DNA of 64,000 nucleotides from Macrostomum hystrix. Taxonomy: Eukaryota > Animalia > Platyhelminthes. Positions 21,391 to 34,746 of this stretch are shown piece by piece (within the stretch, counting starts at the first letter, position 1; each line of letters opens with the position of its first letter). A model generated the notes under the pieces. It was not told where the DNA came from. It did not search any database and worked only from the letters and a program-made list of their open reading frames with translations. The stretch lies in assembly GCA_950097015.1 (NCBI GenBank), contig CATNEN010000038.1, forward strand, positions 9,920,001 through 9,984,000. Reading direction: 5' to 3'. The position numbers and the translations under genes were made by a program.

Positions 21391-22854
21391 TTGAAGTGAA
21401 CGCTACCTTTGCGAGGCGTCTTGAGCTGAAAAAGAGGGCTAATGATGGTATTGAGGAGTTAAGCTGGCTTTTTCTCTCCTGTCTGCTATCAGGGGGGTGT
21501 CCAGCGCTATTCACGAGAGAGCCGAGCTAGCCAAATTCGGTGCAGTTAGCGATACCGTCAAGGTTCTGAGGAGTCATATGGGCATTGAGATGAAAGCTTA
21601 CGTATAGAAATTCGGTTTTCTTCGCGTTGATCATAGTGAGTCTAGTACAGTTCTCGCTCCAGTTCCTCGTTCCTCGAAAAGTCTGGCCAGAGAGCGCAAT
21701 GATGGGTGGCTTTGAGCAAAAAGAACCGCTTGCAGCTTTTCAGACTTCGAAAAATGTCCACCAATGTTTGCCCACCGATGCTTATGAGTTTGATGAATGA
21801 CTGAATGCTTCATAATGATGGTAGCCGTATCCGAATCGTCTGAGCATCGATATGCCATTGACTTTGTTTAAATTGTGTAATTTTAACCTGAACTAAGTCG
21901 TGCTTTAGAAAATACGAGGATAACGCGTACGCGCCGTAGTTATAGCTCGTACTTATTGAAATATAGTAATAGAGCTACTCAAATTTGGTAAGCATTGTTC
22001 GCCAGCTTGGCAACAGTTTTTGTAAAGAGCGTACGAGGTATCCTACGGTTAGTGATCTTTGACTAAAACCAATGGCCAAGAAGCGCAACAGAGCAAAGTA
22101 CGAGTAGTTAAGGAAGCTTTTCTTTAATCTTTCCGTCAATCGGTCAAATGAAAACCCGCGCAGACTTTGGGAATGCCGATTCGGAATGGGAGAATTAAAA
22201 AAACGTAATCTGGATCAGCATACAGGATGGACGCCTACGGATGGGTCTCAGCTGCCCAAGTCTTGCTGAAATCCTGTCTTAAGGCTAACAAAAGGATTGG
22301 CAGAGGAATCAAATCAAGAAAAAAGCTACAACAAGCACTGGCAATTCCGGGTCGACGACTCGGCAAGAAAAAAATTATATTTTGCATTACGAGTATTTCT
22401 AAAAATAGCTTTCCATCGAGGACATTGCAGAAAGCCTTCACCCCGTGGACTAAAAAAACCAATTCACGATAATCCCAACAACAGGAACTCATCCGCCTGC
22501 TCAGATCCAGAATGATTTCCTCCATTTTTTTTACTTTTCCTATTTTACTATGGCTCCCAGCCATTCCAGACTCAGTAACGAAGTGAGAGATTATATTATA
22601 AGTATTTTCTAGAAGGTTATTGACAAATATATTTATTTTAATGGATTTAAGGCTTTTTTTCATCTGAACATTCTGTTTATAAGCAACTAAACAACATCTG
22701 TCTATGGTGCCAATCGGCATGAAACCTTTTCGTCTAGCGAGTACAAATCAAGGACTACTAAACAGGTTCCCCTTCATCAGAACTAATTCCTGTCCTGAAC
22801 AGGTGCTGTTTCGTAGTTATTTGCCTATTTGTGGATGCGACATCTGGTTGTTAA

Positions 22855-23490
22855 AGCTCCAACAGAGTTACCTAGCTCCAACAGAGTTACCTAGCTCCAA
22901 CAGAGTCACCTAGGTCCAACAGAGTTACCTAGCTCCAACAGAGTTACCTAGCTCCAACAGAGTTACCTAGCTCCAACAGAGTTACCTAGCTCCAACAGAG
23001 TCACCTAGGTCCAACAGAGTTACCCAGCTCCAACAACAGAGTTACCTAGCTCCAACAACAGAGTTACCTAGCTCCAACAACAGAGTTACCTAGCTCCAAC
23101 AACAGAGTTACCTAGCTCCAACAACAGAGTTACCTAGCTCCAACAGAGTTACCTAGCTCCAACAGAGTTACCTAGCTCCAACAGAGTTACCTAGCTCCAA
23201 CAGAGTCACCTAGGTCCAACAGAGTTACCTAGCTCCAACAACAGAGTTACCTAGCTCCAACAACAGAGTTACCTAGCTCCAACAGAGTTACCTAGCTCCA
23301 ACAGAGTTACCTAGCTCCAACAGAGTTACCTAGCTCCAACAGAGTCACCTAGGTCCAACAGAGTTACCTAGCTCCAACAACAGAGTTACCTAGCTCCAAC
23401 AGAGTTACCTAGCTCCAACAGAGTTACCTAGCTCCAACAGAGTTACCTAGCTCCAACAGAGTTACCTAGCTCCAACAAGAGTTACCCAGC
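22855..23490. repeat. 19-bp minisatellite (GCTCCAACAGAGTTACCTA)
   Basis: Tandem periodicity with +CAA variants. Confidence 0.95.
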
Positions 23491-23847
23491 TAATTTATGT
23501 TAATTTTAATTTAGTATATTCATCATGAGGCACAAAAGCAACCAATCAGACATAAAATTTGCCTATAGCTTGGCCTTTGCATTATTCTCATACTAGATTC
23601 GAAAAATAATGTAAAATTGAGTTAGTCACTAGATGGCTTTTGACTAGCTGTTGTGCTTCATGATAAATAAACGAAAAAATGAAGATAAATTATTCATGAA
23701 TGAAGCTTTCTAAAATTCGGTGAAGCAACATGTTTTGCAAAGTGAGATATGAAATGCAAATGCAAGGAACAGCGTTTGATGAATGACTTTGATCTGCTTT
23801 CGATGAAAAGTTATTGACATTTTAATATGAAATACGTCTCGCTAGTG

Positions 23848-24377
23848 CAAGGGTCGGCAAACTCCGGCCCGCGGGCCAGATGCGGCCCTCGAAGCTCCCA
23901 AATCCGGCCCGTTGACCTTTCTGACATCTACAGTGTCCTGTTTCATCTCTCCCGTGTCTAATTTCTCCCGTGTCTCATCTCTCCCATGTCTAATAATTTC
24001 CTGTCCTATCTCTTCCCTGTCTTATCTCTTCCCTGTCTTATCTCTCCCGTGTCTCATCTCTCCCGTGTCTCATCGCTCTCGTATCTAATCTCTCCCGTCT
24101 CTAATCTCTCCCGTGTCTAATCTCTCCCGTGTCTCATCGCTCCCGTGTCTAATCTCTCCCGTGTCTCATCTCTCCCGTGTCTCATCTCTCCCGTGTCTAA
24201 TCTCTCCCGTGTCTCATCACTCCCGTGTCTAATCTCTCCCGTGTCTAATCTCTCCCGTGTCTAATTTCTTCCGTGTCTAATCTCTCCCCTATCTCATATT
24301 TATACAGTCAATGCGGCCCGCTGTCGTCTTTTAGGTTCTCTCTTTGGCCCGCCAGCAAATAAGTTTGCCTACACCTG
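23848..24377. mobile_element. hAT-type MITE with internal 16-bp minisatellite (23940-24297)
   Basis: Ends CAAGGGTCGGCAAAC / GTTTGCCTACACCTG and subterminal GGCCCG motifs typical of hAT non-autonomous elements; no clean TSD. Confidence 0.7.
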
Positions 24378-25200
24378 CAGTGCATTGTTCCGTGAAAATC
24401 AGCCCTAAATAGATTTTCCAAGAAACAAAGTGTCCCGTCCTTCTTCTTCTAGTGGTCCTTGCTAGATGCTTTAGATGGAGAATTTCATACTTCGGCTTTC
24501 TTATCTAGCCGAAATCTGTAGAAATTTATGTGACCCTGGTTTGAAACGATTCCAGACAGAACAGAATACAAAAAAATTGAAAAGTTAGTTAGTTACACAA
24601 AAATAAGTCATTAGGTGGCTCATGTGATGCAATTTTAATGCCAAAAAACACATTTGGGACTCAGAATAAAGCTTCGATACTGAAGCTTCCAGACAGAAAA
24701 TGTTCTTGCTTGCAGATAGCGAATGTGAATGCGTCATTTCTATCTACACATTTTCCTGATCTAGACCACATGGGAACGCTGCGGTGATCAGTTCTAAAAC
24801 CCAGCAAGGCTCTCAAGGCTCAGGCCAGGGAAATTACAAATGAAAAATTCATAACTCCATGAGCTGATGAAAGGGAAAGCGAACCCTAGGTAGCTTGTGC
24901 TCGGAAGTCATGCAGACGCTCAGCCTGAAGCGCCATGAAAAAAATAATGGAAACTGTGAAATGATTACTGCACTCAGCTATTGATTAAATTTTGCAGCAG
25001 GTTTCTGGGCGCCTACCTTAAGATTAGCACGCATGGGAGAGTTTCAGATTCAATCAAGATAATTAGGCCTCTATTTAAGTCGAGAAGCCTGTTATTGAGT
25101 GCTTCGGCAATCGAGTTCTAATTTCTGTCCTCATTTTGTCCCTACAAAAAAGCAAAAAAATTAATTTCTTAGTCTTAATGAGTTAGTAGATAATCAATTT

Positions 25201-28200
25201 TCCAGGTAACCAAGCTCCCAGGTAACCAAGCTCCCAGGTAACCAAGCTCCCAGGTAACTAAGCTCCCAGGTTACCAAGCTCCCAGGTAACCAAGCTCCCA
25301 GGTAACCAAGCTCCCAGGTAACCAAGCTCCCAGGTAACTAAGCTCCCAGGTAACTAAGCTCCCAGGTAACTAAGCTCCCAGGTTACCAAGCTCCCAGGTT
25401 ACCAAGCTCCCAGGTAACCAAGCTCCCAGGTAACTAAGCTCCCAGGTAACTAAGCTCCCAGGTTACCAAGCTCCCAGGTAACCAAGCTCCCAGGTAACTA
25501 AGCTCCCCCAAGCTCCCAGGTAACCAAGCTCCCAGGTAACCAAGCTCCCAGGTTACCAAAGTTCCCAGGTTACCAAAGTTCCCAGGTTACCAAGCTCCCA
25601 GGTAACCAAGCTCCCAGGTAACTAAGCTCCCAGGTTACCAAGCTCCCAGGTTACCAAGCTCCCAGGTTACCAAGCTCCCAGGTTACCAAGCTCCCAGGTT
25701 ACCAAAGTTCCCAGGTTACCAAGCTCCCAGGTTACCAAGCTCACAGGCTACCAAAGTTCCCAGGTTACCAAGCTCCCAGGTTACCAAGCTCCCAGGTTAC
25801 CAAAGCTCCCAGGTAACCAAGCTCCCAGGTAACCAAGCTCCCAGGTAACTAAGCTCCCAGGTAACTAAGCTCCCAGGTAACTAAGCTCCCAGGTAACTAA
25901 GCTCCCAGGTTACCAAGCTCCCAGGTTACCAAGCTCCCAGGTTACCAAGCTCCCAGGTTACCAAAGTTCCCAGGTTACCAAGCTCCCAGGTTACCAAGCT
26001 CCCAGGTAACTAAGCTCCCAGGTAACTAAGCTCCCAGGTAACTAAGCTCCCAGGTTACCAAGCTCCCAGGTTACCAAAGTTCCCAGGTTACCAAGCTCCC
26101 AGGTTACCAAAGCTCCCAGGTAACCAAGCTCCCAGGTAACCAAGCTCCCAGGTAACTAAGCTCCCAGGTAACTAAGCTCCCAGGTAACTAAGCTCCCAGG
26201 TAACTAAGCTCCCAGGTAACCAAGCTCCCAGGTAACTAAGCTCCCAGGTTACCAAGCTCCCAGGTTACCAAGCTCCCAGGTTACCAAGCTCCCAGGTTAC
26301 CAAAGTTCCCAGGTTACCAAGCTCCCAGGTTACCAAAGCTCCCAGGTAACTAAGCTCCCAGGTAACCAAGCTCCCAGGTAACCAAGCTCCCAGGTAACTA
26401 AGCTCCCAGGTAACTAAGCTCCCAGGTAACCAAGCTCCCAGGTAACTAAGCTCCCAGGTTACCAAGCTCCCAGGTTACCAAGCTCCCAGGTTACCAAAGT
26501 TCCCAGGTTACCAAGCTCCCAGGTTACCAAAGCTCCCAGGTAACCAAGCTCCCAGGTAACTAAGCTCCCAGGTAACCAAGCTCCCAGGTAACTAAGCTCC
26601 CAGGTTACCAAGCTCCCAGGTTACCAAGCTCCCAGGTAACCAAGCTCCCAGGTAACTAAGCTCCCAGGTTACCAAGCTCCCAGGTTACCAAGCTCCCAGG
26701 TTACCAAGCTCCCAGGTTACCAAGCTCCCAGGTTACCAAAGTTCCCAGGTTACCAAGCTCCCAGGTTACCAAGCTCCCAGGTTACCAAGCTCCCAGGTTA
26801 CCAAGCTCCCAGGTTACCAAGCTCCCAGGTTACCAAGCTCCCAGGTTACCAAGCTCCCAGGTTACCAAAGTTCCCAGGTTACCAAGCTCCCAGGTTACCA
26901 AGCTCCCAGGTTACCAAGCTCCCAGGTTACCAAAGTTCCCAGGTTACCAAGCTCCCAGGTTACCAAAGCTCCCAGGTAACCAAGCTCCCAGGTAACTAAG
27001 CTCCCAGGTTACCAAGCTCCCAGGTAACCAAGCTCCCAGGTAACTAAGCTCCCCCAAGCTCCCAGGTAACCAAGCTCCCAGGTAACCAAGCTCCCAGGTA
27101 ACCAAGCTCCCAGGTTACCAAAGTTCCCAGGTTACCAAAGTTCCCAGGTTACCAAGCTCCCAGGTTACCAAGCTCCCAGGTTACCAAGCTCCCAGGTTAC
27201 CAAAGTTCCCAGGTTACCAAGCTCCCAGGTTACCAAGCTCACAGGCTACCAAAGTTCCCAGGTTACCAAGCTCCCAGGTAACCAAGCTCCCAGGTAACTA
27301 AGCTCCCAGGTAACTAAGCTCCCAGGTTACCAAGCTCCCAGGTAACCAAGCTCCCAGGTAACCAAGCTCCCAGGTAACTAAGCTCCCAGGTAACTAAGCT
27401 CCCAGGTAACTAAGCTCCCAGGTTACCAAAGTTCCCAGGTTACCAAGCTCCCAGGTTACCAAGCTCCCAGGTTACCAAGCTCCCAGGTTACCAAGCTCCC
27501 AGGTTACCAAAGTTCCCAGGTTACCAAGCTCCCAGGTTACCAAAGCTCCCAGGTAACCAAGCTCCCAGGTAACTAAGATCCCTGGTAACTAAGCTCCCAG
27601 GTAACTAAGCTCCCAGGTAACCAAGCTCCCAGGTAACTAAGCTCCCAGGTTACCAAGCTCCCAGGTTACCAAGCTCCCAGGTTACCAAAGTTCCCAGGTT
27701 ACCAAGCTCCCAGGTTACCAAAGCTCCCAGGTAACCAAGCTCCCAGGTTACCAAAGTTCCCAGGTTACCAAAGTTCCCAGGTTACCAAGCTCCCAGGTAA
27801 CCAAGCTCCCAGGTAACTAAGCTCCCAGGTTACCAAGCTCCCAGGTTACCAAGCTCCCAGGTTACCAAGCTCCCAGGTTACCAAGCTCCCAGGTTACCAA
27901 GCTCACAGGCTACCAAAGTTCCCAGGTTACCAAGCTCCCAGGTAACCAAGCTCCCAGGTAACCAAGCTCCCAGGTTACCAAGCTCCCAGGTTACCAAGCT
28001 CCCAGGTAACTAAGCTCCCAGGTTACCAAGCTCCCAGGTTACCAAAGTTCCCAGGTTACCAAGCTCCCAGGTTACCAAAGCTCCCAGGTAACCAAGCTCC
28101 CAGGTAACCAAGCTCCCAGGTAACTAAGCTCCCAGGTAACTAAGCTCCCAGGTAACTAAGCTCCCAGGTAACTAAGCTCCCAGGTAACCAAGCTCCCAGG

Positions 28201-31200
28201 TAACTAAGCTCCCAGGTTACCAAGCTCCCAGGTAACTAAGCTCCCAGGTTACCAAGCTCCCAGGTTACCAAGCTCCCAGGTTACCAAGCTCCCAGGTTAC
28301 CAAGCTCCCAGGTTACCAAGCTCACAGGCTACCAAAGTTCCCAGGTTACCAAGCTCCCAGGTAACCAAGCTCCCAGGTTACCAAGCTCCCAGGTTACCAA
28401 GCTCCCAGGTAACTAAGCTCCCAGGTTACCAAGCTCCCAGGTTACCAAGCTCCCAGGTTACCAAGCTCCCAGGTTACCAAAGTTCCCAGGTTACCAAGCT
28501 CCCAGGTTACCAAAGCTCCCAGGTAACTAAGCTCCCAGGTAACCAAGCTCCCAGGTAACCAAGCTCCCAGGTAACTAAGCTCCCAGGTAACTAAGCTCCC
28601 AGGTAACCAAGCTCCCAGGTAACTAAGCTCCCAGGTTACCAAGCTCCCAGGTTACCAAGCTCCCAGGTTACCAAAGTTCCCAGGTTACCAAGCTCCCAGG
28701 TTACCAAAGCTCCCAGGTAACCAAGCTCCCAGGTAACTAAGCTCCCAGGTAACCAAGCTCCCAGGTAACTAAGCTCCCAGGTTACCAAGCTCCCAGGTTA
28801 CCAAGCTCCCAGGTAACCAAGCTCCCAGGTAACTAAGCTCCCAGGTTACCAAGCTCCCAGGTTACCAAGCTCCCAGGTTACCAAGCTCCCAGGTTACCAA
28901 GCTCCCAGGTTACCAAAGTTCCCAGGTTACCAAGCTCCCAGGTTACCAAGCTCCCAGGCTACCAAAGTTCCCAGGTTACCAAAGTTCCCAGGTTACCAAG
29001 CTCCCAGGTAACTAAGCTCCCAGGTTACCAAGCTCCCAGGTTACCAAGCTCCCAGGTTACCAAAGTTCCCAGGTTACCAAGCTCCCAGGTTACCAAAGCT
29101 CCCAGGTAACCAAGCTCCCAGGTAACTAAGCTCCCAGGTTACCAAGCTCCCAGGTAACCAAGCTCCCAGGTAACTAAGCTCCCCCAAGCTCCCAGGTTAC
29201 CAAGCTCACAGGCTACCAAAGTTCCCAGGTTACCAAGCTCCCAGGTTACCAAGCTCCCAGGTTACCAAGCTCCCAGGTTACCAAAGTTCCCAGGTTACCA
29301 AGCTCCCAGGTTACCAAAGCTCCCAGGTAACCAAGCTCCCAGGTAACCAAGCTCCCAGGTAACTAAGCTCCCAGGTAACTAAGCTCCCAGGTAACTAAGC
29401 TTCCAGGTAACTAAGCTCCCAGGTAACCAAGCTCCCAGGTAACCAAGCTCTCAGGTAACTAAGCTCCCAGGTAACTAAGCTCCCAGGTAACTAAGCTCCC
29501 AGGTTACCAAGCTCCCAGGTTACCAAGCTCCCAGGTTACCAAGCTCCCAGGTTACCAAAGTTCCCAGGTTACCAAGCTCCCAGGTTACCAAAGCTCCCAG
29601 GTAACCAAGCTCCCAGGTAACCAAGCTCCCAGGTAACTAAGCTTCCAGGTAACTAAGCTCCCAGGTAACTAAGCTCCCAGGTAACTAAGCTCCCAGGTAA
29701 CCAAGCTCCCAGGTTACCAAGCTCCCAGGTTACCAAAGTTCCCAGGTTACCAAGCTCCCAGGTTACCAAAGCTCCCAGGTAACCAAGCTCCCAGGTAACC
29801 AAGCTCCCAGGTTACCAAGCTCCCAGGTAACTAAGCTCCCAGGTAACCAAGCTCCCAGGTAACTAAGCTCCCAGGTTACCAAGCTCCCAGGTTACCAAGC
29901 TCCCAGGTTACCAAGCTCCCAGGTTACCAAGCTCCCAGGTTACCAAAGTTCCCAGGTTACCAAGCTCCCAGGTTACCAAAGCTCCCAGGTAACCAAGCTC
30001 CCAGGTAACTAAGCTCCCAGGTAACTAAGCTCCCAGGTAACTAAGCTCCCAGGTAACCAAGCTCCCAGGTAACTAAGCTCCCTGGTTACCAAGCTCCCAG
30101 GTTACCAAGCTCCCAGGTTACCAAAGTTCCCAGGTTACCAAGCTCCCAGGTTACCAAGCTCCCAGGCTACCAAAGTTCCCAGGTTACCAAAGTTCCCAGG
30201 TTACCAAGCTCCCAGGTAACTAAGCTCCCAGGTTACCAAGCTCCCAGGTTACCAAGCTCCCAGGTTACCAAAGTTCCCAGGTTACCAAGCTCCCAGGTTA
30301 CCAAAGCTCCCAGGTAACCAAGCTCCCAGGTAACTAAGCTCCCAGGTTACCAAGCTCCCAGGTAACCAAGCTCCCAGGTAACTAAGCTCCCCCAAGCTCC
30401 CAGGTTACCAAGCTCACAGGCTACCAAAGTTCCCAGGTTACCAAGCTCCCAGGTTACCAAGCTCCCAGGTTACCAAGCTCCCAGGTTACCAAAGTTCCCA
30501 GGTTACCAAGCTCCCAGGTTACCAAAGCTCCCAGGTAACCAAGCTCCCAGGTAACCAAGCTCCCAGGTAACTAAGCTCCCAGGTAACTAAGCTCCCAGGT
30601 AACTAAGCTTCCAGGTAACTAAGCTCCCAGGTAACCAAGCTCCCAGGTAACCAAGCTCCCAGGTAACTAAGCTCCCAGGTAACTAAGCTCCCAGGTAACT
30701 AAGCTCCCAGGTTACCAAGCTCCCAGGTTACCAAGCTCCCAGGTTACCAAGCTCCCAGGTTACCAAAGTTCCCAGGTTACCAAGCTCCCAGGTTACCAAA
30801 GCTCCCAGGTAACCAAGCTCCCAGGTAACCAAGCTCCCAGGTAACTAAGCTTCCAGGTAACTAAGCTCCCAGGTAACTAAGCTCCCAGGTAACTAAGCTC
30901 CCAGGTAACCAAGCTCCCAGGTTACCAAGCTCCCAGGTTACCAAAGTTCCCAGGTTACCAAGCTCCCAGGTTACCAAAGCTCCCAGGTAACCAAGCTCCC
31001 AGGTAACCAAGCTCCCAGGTTACCAAGCTCCCAGGTAACTAAGCTCCCAGGTAACCAAGCTCCCAGGTAACTAAGCTCCCAGGTTACCAAGCTCCCAGGT
31101 TACCAAGCTCCCAGGTTACCAAGCTCCCAGGTTACCAAGCTCCCAGGTTACCAAAGTTCCCAGGTTACCAAGCTCCCAGGTTACCAAAGCTCCCAGGTAA

Positions 31201-32005
31201 CCAAGCTCCCAGGTAACTAAGCTCCCAGGTAACTAAGCTCCCAGGTAACTAAGCTCCCAGGTAACCAAGCTCCCAGGTAACTAAGCTCCCTGGTTACCAA
31301 GCTCCCAGGTTACCAAGCTCCCAGGTTACCAAAGTTCCCAGGTTACCAAGCTCCCAGGTAACCAAGCTCCCAGGTAACTAAGCTCCCAGGTTACCAAAGT
31401 TCCCAGGTTACCAAAGTTCCCAGGTTACCAAAGTTCCCAGGTTACCAAGCTCCCAGGTTACCAAGCTCCCAGGTAACCAAGCTCCCAGGTAACTAAGCTC
31501 CCAGGTTACCAAGCTCCCAGGTTACCAAGCTCCCAGGTTACCAAGCTCCCAGGTTACCAAGCTCCCAGGTTACCAAAGTTCCCAGGTTACCAAAGTTCCC
31601 AGGTTACCAAGCTCCCAGGTTACCAAAGCTCCCAGGTAACCAAGCTCCCAGGTAACCAAGCTCCCAGGTAACTAAGCTCCCAGGTAACTAAGCTCCCACG
31701 TAACTAAGCTCCCAGGTAACTAAGCTCCCAGGTAACCAAGCTCCCAGGTAACTAAGCTCCCAGGTTACCAAGCTCCCAGGTTACCAAGCTCCCAGGTTAC
31801 CAAGCTCCCAGGTTACCAAGCTCCCAGGTTACCAAAGTTCCCAGGTTACCAAGCTCCCAGGTTACCAAGCTCCCAGGCTACCAAAGTTCCCAGGTTACCA
31901 AGCTCCCAGGTTACCAAGCTCCCAGGTTACCAAGCTCCCAGGTTAGCAAAGTTCCCAGGTTACCAAGCTCCCAGGTTACCAAGCTCCCAGGTTACCAAAG
32001 CTCCC
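25201..32005. repeat. 6.8-kb 16-bp minisatellite (AAGCTCCCAGGTWACY) with higher-order structure
   Basis: Tandem periodicity; rare variants repeat at 1208-bp spacing. Confidence 0.97.
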
Positions 32006-33347
32006 TGATCACCAAACTCCAACGTTAGATTAGACGAACAGGCAAAGTACGAGCTACATTCACCTTGAAACATATTACCCCGTGTTTTCCACCTTGAATC
32101 CTGCCAAGCGATTTTTATGATGTCCTTTATGATGACAAACATGAAAACGTGTCTCTCGTCGCCCGAGATATTGGTTGGGCTGACTACAGGACTAGTCAGG
32201 CTTCTCGATCTGTGAGTCTCATTAGACTGAAAAGCTCTGAAATGGCACCATGAAGTAATCTCCTTGACAAACTAAATGCTGATCAGAGCGGAAATGAAAG
32301 TCGACCTGAAGCAGCTTAGTGCAGTTTGAATTTCAAAGAAATGTGTTGGGATGCGGAAACAGGCTAATTTAGACGAAACTATGATGACAAAGAATAGGAA
32401 AATCAGCTGCGGAAAAAAGAGATTTAGCGGCGTTCAAAGTGAGGCCGAACATTAGAATACTATCCTAGCTCGATGCAGCAGTTCTCATGCTGCAGCGGTC
32501 TCAACTCACTCATACGCTGAGTGGACTTTGAAGTCCTCTGTGTACGAGTCATCGACATGTGAAACCGGACGAGCTCACAGCTCTCGGCCTCTCAGTGTCC
32601 CGGATTTTCACTCCGGACTCGAACAGTTCTCAAGCGGACAATGTGCAGCCTCGCATCGCATTTCTGAAATTGCAGAGGCTGTTTTGAGAGCAGGCTATTT
32701 TTTGAAATCGCGAGACGCCAAATCACAGTCTCAGGCCTTTGCTGATTGCTTTCTGTCCACATCATTGCAACTCTTTAAGTTGTCAGGCCATTTTCGTTTT
32801 CTCTAATGTTGAGCACAGCGGGCATAAGCTTTTAAAGCCTGTTCTTAAATAATGATAGAACTTGAAGGCACTTCCTAAATAAGAAAGTTAACAAAATCGA
32901 AAGCTGTGCAATACCATAATGAGTTGTTTTTTTACTTACGACGTTGCACTAGTAACAAACAGCATAACGGTTTTTGATTGGGTAGCACCCTTACACCCCC
33001 CTCTACCCTTACTCCTGCGCGGCTAAAGCCCATCTTAACGCCTCGCGCTGATTGGCTGTTGCTGCCCTCATCCCTCTGTGTGTATATACGCAGCGTTTCT
33101 GTCCCCCTGTTACGTAATTGTTAAATTAGTCAAGCCACTAAAGTGCAAGCTACAAAAACTTTTTAACAGTAGAAGAGTACAAGCGTCAACATTTACATTG
33201 CTGACAGAGTCAATCGATCAATGATCATCGCACTTGACCTTATACCGCGTTTTATTCTACGTGGTTAGTAGTTTTTTTACTTCAAGTTTAGTGCCACAGA
33301 TCAACAACCTGGTTAGAAACTGACGAATTACTCTCTGAAAAATCCAG

Positions 33348-33492
33348 GCGTTCGGCATCCACTGCTGCGTCGAAGATTTTGCAACATGCGCTGCGCCAAG
33401 CGGGTCATCTTCGCAATCGTGTTCCTCAGCTACGTGCTTTGCCTCTGGCGACCGTTCATGCAGGTGTCAATCAATGTCAATGAGTTGCAGAG
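33348..33492 (+). CDS. peptide GPCR exon 2 (ICL2-TM4)
   Basis: Acceptor TCCAG|GC gives ERYI-G-VRHPLLRRRFCNMRCAKRVIFAIVFLSYVLCLWRPF; donor AG|GTGTGT phase 2 matches exon 3. Confidence 0.8.
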
Positions 33493-33962
33493 GTGTGTTT
33501 TGCAGGCTTTTGCCAACATTTAGTGTGATGACGAACAAAATTATGGGCCATTGATTGAATACTTTAGGAGATACAGACAAAATAAAAAAATATGGATATT
33601 TGAAATACCTAGCTCTTAGGTCTTAGACATGAACTTGTCTAAGCTGAACAGTAGCCTGAGAGCAGGGTAGTACTCGTACATTCTTGGTATTAGGCCAGTA
33701 AGATTCATCATATATTCCATTCGCTACTTTCTAATCTATAGTTATCAGCTGACCTTTAAGTGACCTAAAAGTTGAACCTGCAGCTCCACAAATTATAGCT
33801 GTTTTCGCAAAAGCTATTTTTAGAACCGCTACGCCAAGGAAGGACGATCCGTTTCTTTTGAAAGGCAGTATAAAATCGCACATGGCCTAAGAACTCTCTC
33901 GCTTGTTTGTGTCGCTTGGAGACTAATGCAGCAATAAGCATTTGCCAAATCCTACAACACAG

Positions 33963-34746
33963 ATGCTTGCCTCGCAGCGGGGTCAGCAAAGAGCTGTTCG
34001 TCCTTGACACCATCTTTGCCGCCATGCTGACCGTCATTCCATCCGGTCTGCTGTTTATGTTCAACGCGTTGATCGCCTGCCAGCTGCTTGTGCTTCGCCG
34101 GGCTCACACGAGCGCCAATCATGACATCATGGGTCACCAGTTTGCCTTTCTGCTCGTGCTAGTGTCGACCACATTCCTAGGCCTCACCTGGCCCTACTAC
34201 CTGTGCTGGCTGACTAACTTTGCCACGAAGTTCAACATTCGAACTGAACTGTTTGACTCGCTGAAATTCGATGGCACGGAGGACGGGCTGTATCAGTTCC
34301 GGATCGGTAGTGCGATCTACATGACCAAGACGCTGTACTACCTGTCCTACAGCATCAACTTCTTTCTGTACAGCTACTCCAGCAAGTACTTTCGCAGCGA
34401 GATGAAGCGCGTCTTCAGTGCCCAGCGAAGGCACGAAGATTCAGAGCGCTACTACCAGCACCAGAGCATGCTGCACGGCATGGGGCGCCTGCAGCAGCAG
34501 CAGCTTGGGGGCACCGCCGCTATCAGCAGCAGCAGCGTCAGCTACAACAACAGCAGCAGCTCACGGCGCTACCCAGCGGCTGCCGGGTCCGCCCTGCTGG
34601 ATCGCTACGAGCTCAACAGCCGCAGCGTCAGCATCAAACGAATGCCGACTATGCGGAAGCCCAAGAAGGAGGAGAGCACGGCTGAAATCCAGACCGTCGA
34701 GCAGCAGCCGATGATGGAGCCGGGAGCGGGTCTGCGAGCCGACTGA
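33963..34746 (+). CDS. peptide GPCR exon 3 (ECL2 Cys, TM5-TM7, C-tail)
   Basis: Acceptor ACACAG|A TGC; VIPSGLLFMFNALI, FLGLTWPYY, SINFFLYSYSSKYFR; stop TGA at 34746. Confidence 0.9.

Noticed and set aside
22235-22850. 161-aa minus ORF, possible LINE relic
   Set aside because: Only a faint resemblance to an RT C-terminal region; not supportable without a search
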